From NCBI GenBank assembly GCA_963776275.1, contig CAVZMI010000015.1, positions 1 through 64,000 on the forward strand: a stretch of DNA of 64,000 nucleotides. The letters run 5' to 3'. This DNA comes from Ignavibacteriota bacterium (lineage in GTDB: Bacteria; Bacteroidota; Ignavibacteria; UBA10030; CAVZMI01). The position numbers and the translations under genes were made by a program. The first letter of the stretch is position 1, and the number at the start of each line of letters is the position of its first letter. Positions 21,592-32,582 of the stretch are shown here, piece after piece. Under the pieces are notes generated by a model. It saw only the letters and a list, made by a program, of their open reading frames with translations, was not told where the DNA came from and did not search any database.

Positions 21592-22977
21592 GTGAGCAGT
21601 TCAAGCGATGATATTATAGCGGCAATTGCTACGCCGATCGGAGAGGGGGGGATTTCTGTAATCCGTGTCAGTGGGAAGGGGGCTTGCGGAGCCGTCGACC
21701 GTATTTTTAAGGGGAGACATACTCTTGAATCAGCAGCCACACATACCGCGCATTTTGGGACAATTTCAGGCAACGATGGTAAGGTAATAGATCAAGTTGT
21801 CGCAACAGTCTTTCATAGCCCCCACTCGTATACAGGCGAGGAAACAGTTGAGCTTGGCTGTCATGGCGGAGTTTATATTACTCGTCAGATATTGAATGCC
21901 GTTATTGATAAAGGATGCCGTCACGCGCAACCGGGGGAATTTACAAAACGTGCGTTTCTAAATGGCCGGATAGATCTTGTACAGGCAGAAGCTATTGCAG
22001 ATCTTATACATGCCGGAAGTGAAGCGGCGAGGAAAAACTCTATCGAGCAATTAGAGGGAAGGCTATCACGGGAACTCCGTGAGTTACGTGAGGAACTGAT
22101 AAGAATTACAGGGCTCCTTGAACTGGAACTTGACTTTGTGGAAGAAGATATAGAGATCATATCAAAGTCGAAAATCGGAAAATTTATCGGGCAAGAAATA
22201 CAAAGAATCGAAAAGCTTATTGACTCATATCAAAATGGGAGAATTTATCGTGACGGTGTTAAGTCCGTTATTGTAGGACGGCCGAATTCCGGAAAATCAA
22301 GTCTTCTCAATGCACTTCTAAGACACGATCGTGCAATAGTAAGTAATGTTCCTGGGACAACACGCGATACAATTGAAGAAAATATCATAATCAATGGAAT
22401 TCTCTTTCGCATCACAGATACAGCAGGTCTGAGGCAGGCTATTGATTATGTGGAACAGGAAGGAATTGCTAGAGCTGAAAAAGAAATACAGAAAGCAGAT
22501 ATTATAATACTTGTTGCAGATTTAACATTAACAATAACGGAAATAAATGAAAGCATCAATGATTTTATAGAAAAAACTGCAGTGATAGTTGCATTAAACA
22601 AGAAGGATCTGCTCGAAGAAAAAGAAATAGAAATGATACTTAAAACGCTGAAAAATCAGTATAAACTCTCTATCGTCCCAGTATCGGCAAAAATGGGACT
22701 CGGGATCGATGAATTAGAGAAACAAATGACATCATATATTCACCTTGTTTCAAGTGAAGGCTCAATTACTCTTACAAATGCACGACATAGGGATGCTCTT
22801 GTCCGTGGCCGCAAAAGCCTGAAGCTTGCCCTACAGTCCACAGAATCACATTTAGGCGACGAGCTTATTGTCGTCGATCTTCGAGCTGCACTAAATAGTA
22901 TAGGAGAAATAATTGGTGAAACAACTACAGATGATATTCTTAATAAAATCTTTTCAAGTTTTTGTATCGGTAAATAA
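21592..22977 (+). CDS. mnmE: tRNA modification GTPase MnmE
   Basis: SYTGEE, GEFTKRAFLNG, GRPNSGKSSL, GTTRD, DTAGLR, NKKD and FCIGK motifs. Confidence 0.97.
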   Translation: MSSSSDDIIAAIATPIGEGGISVIRVSGKGACGAVDRIFKGRHTLESAATHTAHFGTISGNDGKVIDQVVATVFHSPHSYTGEETVELGCHGGVYITRQILNAVIDKGCRHAQPGEFTKRAFLNGRIDLVQAEAIADLIHAGSEAARKNSIEQLEGRLSRELRELREELIRITGLLELELDFVEEDIEIISKSKIGKFIGQEIQRIEKLIDSYQNGRIYRDGVKSVIVGRPNSGKSSLLNALLRHDRAIVSNVPGTTRDTIEENIIINGILFRITDTAGLRQAIDYVEQEGIARAEKEIQKADIIILVADLTLTITEINESINDFIEKTAVIVALNKKDLLEEKEIEMILKTLKNQYKLSIVPVSAKMGLGIDELEKQMTSYIHLVSSEGSITLTNARHRDALVRGRKSLKLALQSTESHLGDELIVVDLRAALNSIGEIIGETTTDDILNKIFSSFCIGK

Positions 22978-22981
22978 TGTA

Positions 22982-22997
22982 TGTTTCACGTGAAACG
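22982..22997. promoter_or_regulatory. parS site
   Basis: TGTTTCACGTGAAACG, 15/16 match to the consensus TGTTTCACGTGAAACA. Confidence 0.85.
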
Positions 22998-23010
22998 TGA
23001 AAGAGAAAAA

Positions 23011-24881
23011 ATGTCTTTCAGAAGTAAATATGAGGTAATTGTCGTTGGCGGTGGACATGCTGGAATCGAAGCAGCGATGGTCACTAGTCGGCTCGGTTTC
23101 TCTACTCTTTTGATAACAATGGAGAAAAAGGCCATCGGCCGGATGTCATGTAATCCAGCTATAGGAGGTACGGCAAAAGGACATCTGGTCAGAGAAATTG
23201 ATGCACTCGGTGGTGTCATGGGAAAAATTGCTGATGCGACCGGAATTCACTTCAGAATGCTGAACACATCAAAAGGTGTGGCTGTCTGGTCGCCTCGATC
23301 GCAAAACGACCGTGATCTATATTCACAAGAAGCATTAAGAGTTGTAGACAATCAGGTAGGATTGGATATACTTGAAGATAGTCTCGTTGAAATTCTAATT
23401 GACAGTCGTACTATTCATAGCATCAAGACTGTGAGTGGACAGGAATTCAAGTGTAAAATATTGATTTTATGTACTGGTACATTCTTGAATGGAATAATGT
23501 ACACCGGTTTGATAAAGAAAGTGGGTGGAAGATATGGTGAGAAATCAGCATATGGAGTGACCGAGTCTTTGGCAAAGGCTGGCTTTAAATGGAGGCGGCT
23601 AAAAACTGGTACTCCGCCAAGGATTGATTTTCAGAGTATCGATTTTGAAAAAACAGAAATACAGTACGGCGATGATCCGCCAAGGCCATTCTCATATCAG
23701 ACCTCGAAGATTTCACAAAAACAAATACCAATGTATCTCACATACACTAACAAGAAAACTCATCAGGTGTTACGAAAGGGATTTGATCGTTCGCCAATGT
23801 TTACAGGTAGAATAAAAGGTATCGGTCGCGATATTGTCCATCCATAGAAGATAAAATTAACCGGTTTGCACAACGGGATCGGCATCATATCTTTCTGGAA
23901 CCGGAAGGATATCAAACGAATGTTGTATATGTCAATGGATTTGCTACTAGTTTACCAGAAGATATCCAATTTGAGGGATTGAGGACAATACCGGGACTTG
24001 AGCATGTTGAAATGTTACGGCCTGGTTATGCTGTAGAATATGATTTCTTTCCACCAGATCAAATTACTCTTACACTTGAGACAAAACTCGTTAATGGATT
24101 ATTCTTTGCCGGCCAAATAAATGGAACATCAGGATACGAAGAAGCGGCGGCTCAGGGCTTGATTGCCGGTATTAACGCAACCAAGAAATTAAAAGGTGAA
24201 GAACCGTTCATATTAAAAAGGTCAGAAGCATATATTGGTGTCTTAATTGATGACCTGGTGAGTAAAGGGACAGAAGAACCATATCGTATGTTTACTTCGA
24301 GAGCTGAATATCGTCTTGTCTTGCGTCAGGATAATGCCGATCGGAGGCTAATGCATTATGGGAAAAAATTTGGTTTAATTCCAGATTGGTTGTATGAAAG
24401 GCTGAAAGTAAAAGAGAAAGCAATTGATTCTGCGTTGGATTTAATAAAGCGTGTTACAGTGTCACCAGAAAAGGTCAACAGTTTCCTAAACTCTATTGGC
24501 AGTACAAGCATAAATGAGAATGAAACTCTTGAAAAGCTTATTCGCAGACCGGAAATTAAGCTTAAAGATCTTATTAAAACAGTCGATTTCAACGGTGGCT
24601 TGAAGGGAGTTCTTAGTGATAATGACGTTATAGAACAAGTTGAGATAGAAGTGAAATATGAAGGGTATATCAAGAGACAGCATGATCAGATTACAGATTT
24701 TGAGAAGCAAGAATCGATACGTATTCCTAAGAATTTTGACTATGACCGTGTAAATTCTATAAGTAATGAAGGGAGAGAGAGGCTGAGGTTATTAAAGCCC
24801 GAATCGATAGGGCAAGCATCGCGTATTTCAGGTGTTACTCCATCGGATGTATCGGTACTAATGATTTATTTAAAGTCCTAA
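23011..24881 (+). CDS. mnmG: tRNA uridine modification enzyme MnmG (GidA); apparent 1-nt deletion near 23827
   Basis: [25 protein letters not shown] and [16 protein letters not shown] motifs; adding one C at GGT-C[C]G-CGA restores [11 protein letters not shown]. Confidence 0.93.
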
Positions 24882-24884
24882 AAA

Positions 24885-24900
24885 TGTTCCACGTGAAACT
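24885..24900. promoter_or_regulatory. parS site
   Basis: TGTTCCACGTGAAACT in the mnmG-rsmG spacer. Confidence 0.8.
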
Positions 24901-24911
24901 GTCGATATAGT

Positions 24912-25655
24912 ATGGAAAAAGGGGCGGCATGGTTTAGGGCAATACTAGCTGCGAATGGATTATCCATAGATGATTCACAGTGTGATGTTTTAGATAGGTA
25001 CTGTGCATTGTTGTTGGATTGGAATAGAAAAATAAATTTAATTTCACGCCGTAGTGAGGATATGGTCTGGGAGGAGCAGATACTTCAAAGCGTTTCATTC
25101 CTTACGAGGATCAAGCTTAAGGACTCTGCTTCCGTTATTGATATTGGTACAGGAGGTGGATTACCTGGTATACCTCTAAAAATACTTATGCCTGGATTGT
25201 CGCTAACACTTGTTGATTCAATTGGGAAGAAAATAAATGCTGTTCAATCGATCATTCAATCGTTGGGAATCGGTGGTATTGAAGCTGTGTGGTCGAGAGC
25301 GGAGGATTTCAATAGAAATAGAAATGTCAAAGAAAGGAAGTCCTTTGATTATGTAATATGCCGTGCTGTTGGTCAGCTTGAAATTCTATGGAAATATGGA
25401 TATCCGTTATTGTATGTCACCTCTTCAATTCAAGGTTCAACATCGATGAGGTTTCAGACACAGAGTACAGATAGAGTATATGTTGAAACGGGAGCAATCC
25501 TTGCGCTTAAAGGGGGAGATATACAGGGGGAAATTGTCGAGCTGGGACGAAGGAGGAAGAAAATAGCAATAACGGTGATAGATATATCACTGAGAACAGT
25601 AGAAGAATTAGAAAATAATAAAAAGAAGATCGTTATAATGCGTCCAGTAAAATAA
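24912..25655 (+). CDS. rsmG: 16S rRNA m7G527 methyltransferase RsmG (GidB)
   Basis: WN.KINLISR, DIGTGGGLPGIPL, RAE, CRAV and LKG motifs. Confidence 0.93.
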   Translation: MEKGAAWFRAILAANGLSIDDSQCDVLDRYCALLLDWNRKINLISRRSEDMVWEEQILQSVSFLTRIKLKDSASVIDIGTGGGLPGIPLKILMPGLSLTLVDSIGKKINAVQSIIQSLGIGGIEAVWSRAEDFNRNRNVKERKSFDYVICRAVGQLEILWKYGYPLLYVTSSIQGSTSMRFQTQSTDRVYVETGAILALKGGDIQGEIVELGRRRKKIAITVIDISLRTVEELENNKKKIVIMRPVK

Positions 25656-25666
25656 CGGGTGATAAA

Positions 25667-26599
25667 ATGACAAATACCCACCTGTTCGATCAACTTGGAA
25701 AACTGATAACCGAGCAAAGAAACCTCAGCAGCATGGATATTGACTCACGCTCGATCGAGGAAATTCTCCGTATAATTAATGCGGAGGATAAACAAATTGC
25801 GGATGTCGTTGAACATGAGATTCCCTATATCGCAAGAGGCGTCGAAATTATCGTTCATGCATTACGACATAAAGGAAGACTGATTTATATCGGGGCAGGA
25901 ACAAGCGGGAGACTCGGTGTTCTTGATGCAGTAGAGTGTCCGCCAACTTTCGGGACGTCACATAGTATGGTGACAGGAATGATTGCCGGTGGCGAAAAGG
26001 CAATGTTTCGGGCACAGGAAGGAGCGGAAGATAAAGCAGAAAATGGTGCAAAGGATCTGGAAGAGATCGGCCTAAATCACAAAGATGTAGTATGCGGTAT
26101 AGCAGCCAGCCGCTGTACTCCATATGTAAACGGTGCGATAAGGTATGCAAGGACAATGGGTGCAAAGACTCTCTATGTGACAACAAATCCCCGATCTGAA
26201 TTTGACCTTGAGGTCGATGTGGCAATCTGCCCTGAGGTCGGTCCGGAAGTCATAATGGGCTCTACAAGGATGAAATCTGGAACCGCCCAGAAAATGGTTC
26301 TTAATATGCTGACAACAGCTGCAATGATACGCCTTGGGAAAGTGTACGAGAACATGATGATAGATCTGCAGATGACCAGCCGCAAACTAACTGAGAGAGC
26401 AAAAAGAATACTTATGACAATAACGGATGTAAGTTATGAAGAAGCCGGTCATGCCCTTGAAGCAGCCGGCAATCATGTGAAAAAAGCGATTGTGATGATC
26501 AAGGCAAAAGTTACGATGGAGGAAGCAGAACGGCGACTAGCAGCTGCTGATGGATTTGTACGTGCTGCAATAGAGAATCGCCAGTATAAAATCGATTGA
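25667..26599 (+). CDS. murQ: N-acetylmuramic acid 6-phosphate etherase
   Basis: TEQRN, GAGTSGRLGVLDAVECPPTFG, EGAED and GPEVIMGSTRMKSGTAQK motifs. Confidence 0.96.
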   Translation: MTNTHLFDQLGKLITEQRNLSSMDIDSRSIEEILRIINAEDKQIADVVEHEIPYIARGVEIIVHALRHKGRLIYIGAGTSGRLGVLDAVECPPTFGTSHSMVTGMIAGGEKAMFRAQEGAEDKAENGAKDLEEIGLNHKDVVCGIAASRCTPYVNGAIRYARTMGAKTLYVTTNPRSEFDLEVDVAICPEVGPEVIMGSTRMKSGTAQKMVLNMLTTAAMIRLGKVYENMMIDLQMTSRKLTERAKRILMTITDVSYEEAGHALEAAGNHVKKAIVMIKAKVTMEEAERRLAAADGFVRAAIENRQYKID

Positions 26600-29500
26600 A
26601 AGCAGATGCACCTTCTATGCAGATTTCCTCAATAATACTCGACACTCTTCGTGAGTATATCTTTTCGCTTTCTCCTTGTTCCGAGGTGGTCAATGCCCTT
26701 AAAGCCGGAAAATCTCCTCGTCTACACGCTGTAGCCGGATCACTACAATCTTTTCTTGTCTCACGAATTGCCGAAGATATTAACAGTACGATAATTGTCA
26801 TTGCAGAAACACGGGATGAGGCGGAAAAGATTGCCGACGATTGTTCGCGCACTACCATAAGTACTCCTGTTGTTTTTTTCCCTGAAACAACACATCACCT
26901 GCATGCACTTGATATATCAGGCAACTCTCAGCAAGTAGAAGCTTTGAAAGCCCTGCTGGCGAAAAAACCGGTGATCTTTTGTACATATTCCACAGCGCTA
27001 GCAACAAAACTCCCCCAACCGACCCTCTTCTTATCCAGAATAATCGAGATTCAAAGATCAACATCGGTCGACTTTCAAAACCTAATTGATACATTACTTA
27101 AATTCGGGTTTGAAAGAAAGGATTTTGTTGAGAGACCTGGAGACTTTTCACATCGAGGAGGGATCATTGACGTTTATCCTTCTGTCGGAGATAATCCTCT
27201 TCGACTTGAATTCTGGGGTGACACACTTGAATCAATCAGAGAATTCGACCCCCTGTCGCAACGCTCAATCCGTGAACTGACTGCAGCCACGATTATCCCT
27301 GATGTTTTTTCGGGTCCGTCTGCTCTTGACCAGAATGCGTCAATATTTAACTATCTTCAATCGCCCACCCTTATTATGCTTCCGGAAGATGTGCTCCTAG
27401 AACGATCAATTACCGAATTGCTTCGTGAAGGATCCGAAAACACGCTGTCCTGGGAGGAAATAAAGGCGAATCTAAACAATCACCGGTTGATCCGTATTCT
27501 TTCCCTTTCATCCATTCAGGAGGATGAAATAGATTTTAGCAGCCGGTCACAACCGTCGTTTAATGGCAGTATTCACTTGTTAAAAGAACATCTCGCCCAA
27601 CTGGCACAGGAACAGTATAAAGTCTGTTTTTCCTGTGAATCAAATACTGAGGCTGAACGCCTCGCCGATCTTTTGAGCGAAATTGATGATAACATAAAGC
27701 TTCCTACGATGCAGTTTTGTACCGAGGCGCTCCATAGCGGTTTTGTTATTTCTAGGGAACACTTTGCCCTCTTTACCGAGCACGAAATCTTCGGCCGCTT
27801 GAGACGACGCGGATCAATAAAAAAGCGCAGATTTCGGGGTATTTCACAAAAGGAACTCCTTCAGCTCCAGAGAGGAGACTATGTTGTCCATGTTGACCAT
27901 GGTATTGGTAAATTTGACGGACTCCGAAAAATCAAAATACGGGAGACTGAACAGGAAGTAGTTCGCCTGCTCTATTCCGACGATGACGTCCTTTATGTCA
28001 ATCTTAATTACATAAGCCGGATTCAAAAATATTCATCGCGGGAAGGGCACATACCGATTCTTAATAAGCTTGGGGCTCCGGACTGGGATCGTATCAAACA
28101 GCGGACAAAACGAAAAATTAAGGACATCGCCAGAGATCTTATTAAACTATATGCAAGGCGAAAAATAGACCCGGGTTTTGCCTTTTCGGAAGATACTCCC
28201 TGGCAAAAGGAGCTTGAAGCGTCATTTATGTATGAAGATACTCCCGATCAGGCAACGGCAACGATAGATATCAAAAAAGATATGGAAGCAGCTCACCCAA
28301 TGGATCGCCTTATCTGCGGTGATGTGGGATTCGGAAAAACCGAAGTTGCTATTCGTGCTGCATTTAAGGCGGTAATGAGTGGTAAACAAACCGGAGTACT
28401 GGTTCCAACAACGATTCTCGCACAGCAGCATTATAACACTTTTGCAGACCGCCTTCAGCGGTATGCGGTTCGTGTCGAGGTATTATCCCGGTTTCGATCA
28501 AGGAAAGAACAAACCGAAATTCTACGACGCCTCGCATCGGGCGAGATTGATATCCTAATCGGTACGCACCGGCTCCTCTCACGCGATGTGGTTTTTAAGA
28601 ACCTCGGGCTGTTGATAATAGACGAGGAACACCGGTTTGGTGTAACGGCAAAAGAAAAATTACGTCTGAAGAAGGAGACCGTTGATACACTGACGCTGAC
28701 AGCAACACCTATCCCGCGTACACTCCATTTTTCACTAATGGGTGCGAGGGATCTATCGCTTATTACAACTCCGCCAAGAAACAGGCTACCAGTGATTACT
28801 GAAATTGCACAGCTGGAACCGTTGTTGGTTCGTGAAGCAATTCTCAAGGAAATCAGTCGTGGCGGACAGATCTTTTTTGTCCATGACAGGATAGAAAAAA
28901 TTGCGGCTATTGCGGATTACATTCAACGCAATATCCCGGAGGCGCGTATCCGTATTGCGCACGGTCAGATAAAGGGGAGTGAACTCGAAAAGGTCATGAT
29001 GAATTTTCTGGAACGGAAGTTTGATGTGCTTGTAGCGACGAAGATTATCGAATCGGGATTGGATATTCCTAATGTTAATACGATCATTATTAATCGTGCT
29101 GATAAATTCGGGCTGGCTGAATTGTATCAGCTTCGCGGACGTGTAGGTCGATCGAATGTCCAGGCATATGCATATCTTCTCACTCCGCCTTTGTCGTCAT
29201 TGCCCCACCATTCACTCAGGAGATTGCAGGCTATTGAGGAATTCACCGAGCTGGGCTCCGGCTTTAATCTGGCTATGCGCGATCTTGAAATCCGCGGCGC
29301 TGGCAACCTTCTCGGTGCAGAACAAAGCGGGTATATTATGGAAATGGGATTTGAAATGTATACACGAATCCTTGAAGATGCAGTGCTCGAGTTGAAAAAA
29401 GAGGAATTTGAGGAAATCTTTGGGAAAACAGTACAACTTCAACGCCCCACAGAAACAATTATTGAGACTGATATTGATGCGCTAATCCCCGATATATATG

Positions 29501-29955
29501 TAGAACACGATTCAGAAAGGCTCGACGTGTATCGAAGATTGTATGCGGCGTCCGACAGTGCTGCTATCGATGAAATCCGGAGTGAATTACGCGATCGGTT
29601 CGGCGAGTATCCGGATGAGGTAGCGCACCTCATTTGTATCGTTGAAATAAAGGTAATTGCAGCAAAAATCGGATTCTTGAAAATTGAGATTACAGATACA
29701 ACACTCAACCTTACATTCCCGTCTTCAGATCAAAAAGCATTTTTTGAGGCTGCTGAAGGGGAGGCATCTCTATTTCAGAAAATCATCGATTCGCTTCCCC
29801 GATTGGTCGATTTTCAGCCGCGATTAAACCAGAGTAAAGCTCAGCTTGAATTAAAAGCGACTATCCGAGGGAAAATTCCACAAGAAAGGCTCGATTCTGC
29901 ATTGAAGTTTATGCATGGATTAGCAGAAATAGTATCTGATAACAAGGAATATTAA
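26596..29955 (+). CDS. mfd: Transcription-repair coupling factor
   Basis: RGGIIDVY, GDYVVHVDHGIG, CGDVGFGKTEVA, DEEHRFG, QLRGRVGR and RDLEIRGAGNLLG motifs. Confidence 0.97.
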   Translation: MKADAPSMQISSIILDTLREYIFSLSPCSEVVNALKAGKSPRLHAVAGSLQSFLVSRIAEDINSTIIVIAETRDEAEKIADDCSRTTISTPVVFFPETTHHLHALDISGNSQQVEALKALLAKKPVIFCTYSTALATKLPQPTLFLSRIIEIQRSTSVDFQNLIDTLLKFGFERKDFVERPGDFSHRGGIIDVYPSVGDNPLRLEFWGDTLESIREFDPLSQRSIRELTAATIIPDVFSGPSALDQNASIFNYLQSPTLIMLPEDVLLERSITELLREGSENTLSWEEIKANLNNHRLIRILSLSSIQEDEIDFSSRSQPSFNGSIHLLKEHLAQLAQEQYKVCFSCESNTEAERLADLLSEIDDNIKLPTMQFCTEALHSGFVISREHFALFTEHEIFGRLRRRGSIKKRRFRGISQKELLQLQRGDYVVHVDHGIGKFDGLRKIKIRETEQEVVRLLYSDDDVLYVNLNYISRIQKYSSREGHIPILNKLGAPDWDRIKQRTKRKIKDIARDLIKLYARRKIDPGFAFSEDTPWQKELEASFMYEDTPDQATATIDIKKDMEAAHPMDRLICGDVGFGKTEVAIRAAFKAVMSGKQTGVLVPTTILAQQHYNTFADRLQRYAVRVEVLSRFRSRKEQTEILRRLASGEIDILIGTHRLLSRDVVFKNLGLLIIDEEHRFGVTAKEKLRLKKETVDTLTLTATPIPRTLHFSLMGARDLSLITTPPRNRLPVITEIAQLEPLLVREAILKEISRGGQIFFVHDRIEKIAAIADYIQRNIPEARIRIAHGQIKGSELEKVMMNFLERKFDVLVATKIIESGLDIPNVNTIIINRADKFGLAELYQLRGRVGRSNVQAYAYLLTPPLSSLPHHSLRRLQAIEEFTELGSGFNLAMRDLEIRGAGNLLGAEQSGYIMEMGFEMYTRILEDAVLELKKEEFEEIFGKTVQLQRPTETIIETDIDALIPDIYVEHDSERLDVYRRLYAASDSAAIDEIRSELRDRFGEYPDEVAHLICIVEIKVIAAKIGFLKIEITDTTLNLTFPSSDQKAFFEAAEGEASLFQKIIDSLPRLVDFQPRLNQSKAQLELKATIRGKIPQERLDSALKFMHGLAEIVSDNKEY

Positions 29956-29956
29956 G

Positions 29957-30613
29957 ATGAAAATTGTCGCAATCAGCGATATTCATGCAGCGTATGATAA
30001 TCTTTATAAAATTATTCAGAAAGAGGAAAATGCGGATGTCATTCTAATTGTTGGTGATATCACAACTCATGGAACTGTCGCGGATATAAGAAATGCCGTG
30101 GGAAGTATACTTACACTCGGGAAATCTGTTCTAGCCATTGCAGGGAATATGGATATTCCGGAAAGCGACGATGAACTTTTTAGATTAGATATCTCACTGA
30201 ATGCCCGGGGTGTCCGCATTGGCGATGTCGGTTTCTTTGGTGTCTCTGCTGCAGCACTATCGCGCCTACATACTCCCTATGAATTGACCGAGGAAGAGAT
30301 CGGCTGTCGGATTGAATCGGGCTTTTCTATGGTGCGCGATGCGCCGATAAAAGTGTTCGTACCACATTCTCCTCCGTTTCGTACTAAGCTTGACCGGATT
30401 TTTTTAGGAACGCACGTCGGCAGTACGGCAATACGTAAATTTATCGAGCATGAACAACCCGATGTTGTCGTCTGCGGTCATATTCATGAAGCCCGCGGAC
30501 AGGATATATTGGGAAAAACCAAAATGGTTAATTGCGGAGCGGCACAGCGTGGTTTCTATGCACGGATTACTATAGAGAATGAGATACTGATCGAGAATTT
30601 GCAATTGGATTAA
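29957..30613 (+). CDS. Calcineurin-like metallophosphoesterase
   Basis: SDIH, GDIT, GNMD, HSPP, HVGS and CGHIHE motifs. Confidence 0.9.
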   Translation: MKIVAISDIHAAYDNLYKIIQKEENADVILIVGDITTHGTVADIRNAVGSILTLGKSVLAIAGNMDIPESDDELFRLDISLNARGVRIGDVGFFGVSAAALSRLHTPYELTEEEIGCRIESGFSMVRDAPIKVFVPHSPPFRTKLDRIFLGTHVGSTAIRKFIEHEQPDVVVCGHIHEARGQDILGKTKMVNCGAAQRGFYARITIENEILIENLQLD

Positions 30614-30725
30614 ACTCTGTGTCCTTACAGGTCGTAGACCTCTGCGAGGGATAGATTTATTTATGTTCTCTGTGGACTCCGTGTTTATATTTTCGGTATA
30701 GGAAATATATTATATGAGGTATTAT

Positions 30726-31619
30726 ATGAAACCAATAATCGGATTTATTGGATTGGGAACGATGGGGCTGCCGATGGCGGAACGGCTTCTTCAATCGGGA
30801 TTCCCACTGGTCGTCTATAATAGAACTGAATCCAAGACTAATGAGATTGTGCAGCGGGGAGCCCATAAAGCTATAACATGTGCTGAGGTCGGACGGACAG
30901 CAGATATTTGCATTACGATGGTCTCGGATCCCAAGGCGCTTGAGAAGATTGTATTTTCTCAAAATGGACTCGATGAAGGATTATCGACTGATAAAATTCA
31001 TATTGATATGAGTACAGTATCGCCGGCAATTATCGAACGATTGTTAAAACACTATTCGGGAAAAAAGGTCGGATTTTTACACGTTCCCGTTCTTGGAAGT
31101 GTTCCCCAAGCAACCGATGGTTCGCTTCTTCTCTTCGTTGGCGGTGATCCGACAGTGATCGATCGTGTTCGTGATGTGCTGAATGTTCTTGGAACATGGC
31201 AGTGGTATTTTCCAGAGGCGGCGAAGGCAACTCATTTAAAACTTATCTGTAATATGTTCATTGCGAGTATGAGTGCTTCACTTGTTCAAGGACTTGTGTT
31301 CGGGGTAAAAGTGGGGATTCCACCCTCGACGCTTCTTGATGTGTTGAGTCATTCTTCTCTTAATGCACCGATGTACCAGACAAAGGGAAGATCGATTACA
31401 CAACGCCAATTCACACCGGCGCGTTTCTGTACAGAACATCTTTTGAAAGACATCAATCTTGCACTTGATGCAGGAAAAAATGCGGGTGTGTCCTTACAGG
31501 CACTTGAACCGATTCGGGAGCTTTACATTGCAGCAACGTCAATGGGATTCGGCAGGGAAGATTATTCGGCTGTGGTTAAGGTATTGGAAACCATGGCTGG
31601 GGTAAAAGTAACAGAATAA
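30726..31619 (+). CDS. NAD(P)-dependent beta-hydroxyacid dehydrogenase (3-hydroxyisobutyrate DH family)
   Basis: IGFIGLGTMG, YNRT, DMSTVSP, PVLGS, KLICN and KDI.LA motifs. Confidence 0.9.
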   Translation: MKPIIGFIGLGTMGLPMAERLLQSGFPLVVYNRTESKTNEIVQRGAHKAITCAEVGRTADICITMVSDPKALEKIVFSQNGLDEGLSTDKIHIDMSTVSPAIIERLLKHYSGKKVGFLHVPVLGSVPQATDGSLLLFVGGDPTVIDRVRDVLNVLGTWQWYFPEAAKATHLKLICNMFIASMSASLVQGLVFGVKVGIPPSTLLDVLSHSSLNAPMYQTKGRSITQRQFTPARFCTEHLLKDINLALDAGKNAGVSLQALEPIRELYIAATSMGFGREDYSAVVKVLETMAGVKVTE

Positions 31620-31888
31620 AAGTGTAGAATAACGGAAATAGAACAGAAAAAGAGATCTCAAATTACTCCAAAATATTGGTCCATCTTTATATAGCATTCT
31701 ATCTGGCATATCAATTTTAAAGCAAGATATTTTTGTTTTCTTCGTTTTTTCGGGGGTTTTATTGAATTTTCATGTTTTTCTCCCCATCTCTTGATGTCCC
31801 GATTTTGGCAGGCATCTCTTTCTCATGTCGGTAATAATTCCCCATCTTTCACCCCCTTAAAAATAGGCTTATTTTGTACACTTTTTAC

Positions 31889-31955
31889 TTGACTTTATAA
31901 ATCAAAAGATTAAATTTCCAGTCTATAGGTGGGTAAAAGTGGGTAAGAAGTAGGG
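31889..31955 (+). promoter_or_regulatory. dcw promoter with MraZ-binding direct repeats
   Basis: TTGACT(31889)-N16-TAAATT, followed by GTGGG(31929), GTGGG(31939) and GTAGG(31950) at about 10-bp spacing. Confidence 0.75.
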
Positions 31956-31974
31956 AATGTTTATAGGGGTTTTT

Positions 31975-32424
31975 ATGTCTGCCTTTAAAGGCCGGTTCAC
32001 GTATTCAGTTGATAGCAAAGGGCGGATTAATATTCCGGCAAAGCTTCGAAAAAATGTTTCGCCGGAAGCAAACGATACTTTTGTTATCACGCGGGGATTT
32101 GAGCAATGCTTATTTGTTTACCCACTTGATGAATGGAATAAACTGGAGCAGTCGATTAGAGGATTATCCCCTTCGAACTCTCAGCATAGATTTTTTGTAC
32201 GCACACTCCTTCAATGGGCTACTGAATCGCAACTCGACGGTCAGGCTCGTATCATCATTCCGCAAGAACTGTTAAAATTTGCCGGTATCGAAAACGAGGT
32301 TATTATTATCGGCGTGTTGGAACGTATTGAAGCATGGAATCCGACATTGTTCAACGAGTATATGAATAACCAGGCATCTTCCTACGAAAACGTTGCAGAA
32401 TTAGTTTTCAGACCAAAGGAGTAA
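31975..32424 (+). CDS. mraZ: Division/cell-wall cluster repressor MraZ
   Basis: DSKGRINIPAKLR, LDGQARIIIP and IGVLERIEAWN motifs. Confidence 0.96.
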   Translation: MSAFKGRFTYSVDSKGRINIPAKLRKNVSPEANDTFVITRGFEQCLFVYPLDEWNKLEQSIRGLSPSNSQHRFFVRTLLQWATESQLDGQARIIIPQELLKFAGIENEVIIIGVLERIEAWNPTLFNEYMNNQASSYENVAELVFRPKE

Positions 32425-32429
32425 CACAC

Positions 32430-32582
32430 ATGAAGGAATTCGCCGGAGAGAGTTCCTCTTCCGTGCGCGGTTTACAGAAACGGCGATGCTCGCGTATTGG
32501 CTCGACGGGTATTGTTGTCCGGATACATTCTGTTTTGTCGGGACTATCCGGCATAATAGTTGAACGGTTCGACTCCGGGTAA
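32430..32582 (+). other. Structured mraZ-rsmH spacer containing a 50-codon sORF
   Basis: ATG 32430 to TAA 32582 after an AAGGAG RBS; hairpins GGAATTC/GAGTTCC and CCGGATA/TATCCGG. Confidence 0.4.

Noticed and set aside
22981-23010. mnmG N-terminal extension MFHVKREREK
   Set aside because: It is the translation of the parS palindrome; homology begins at ATG 23011.
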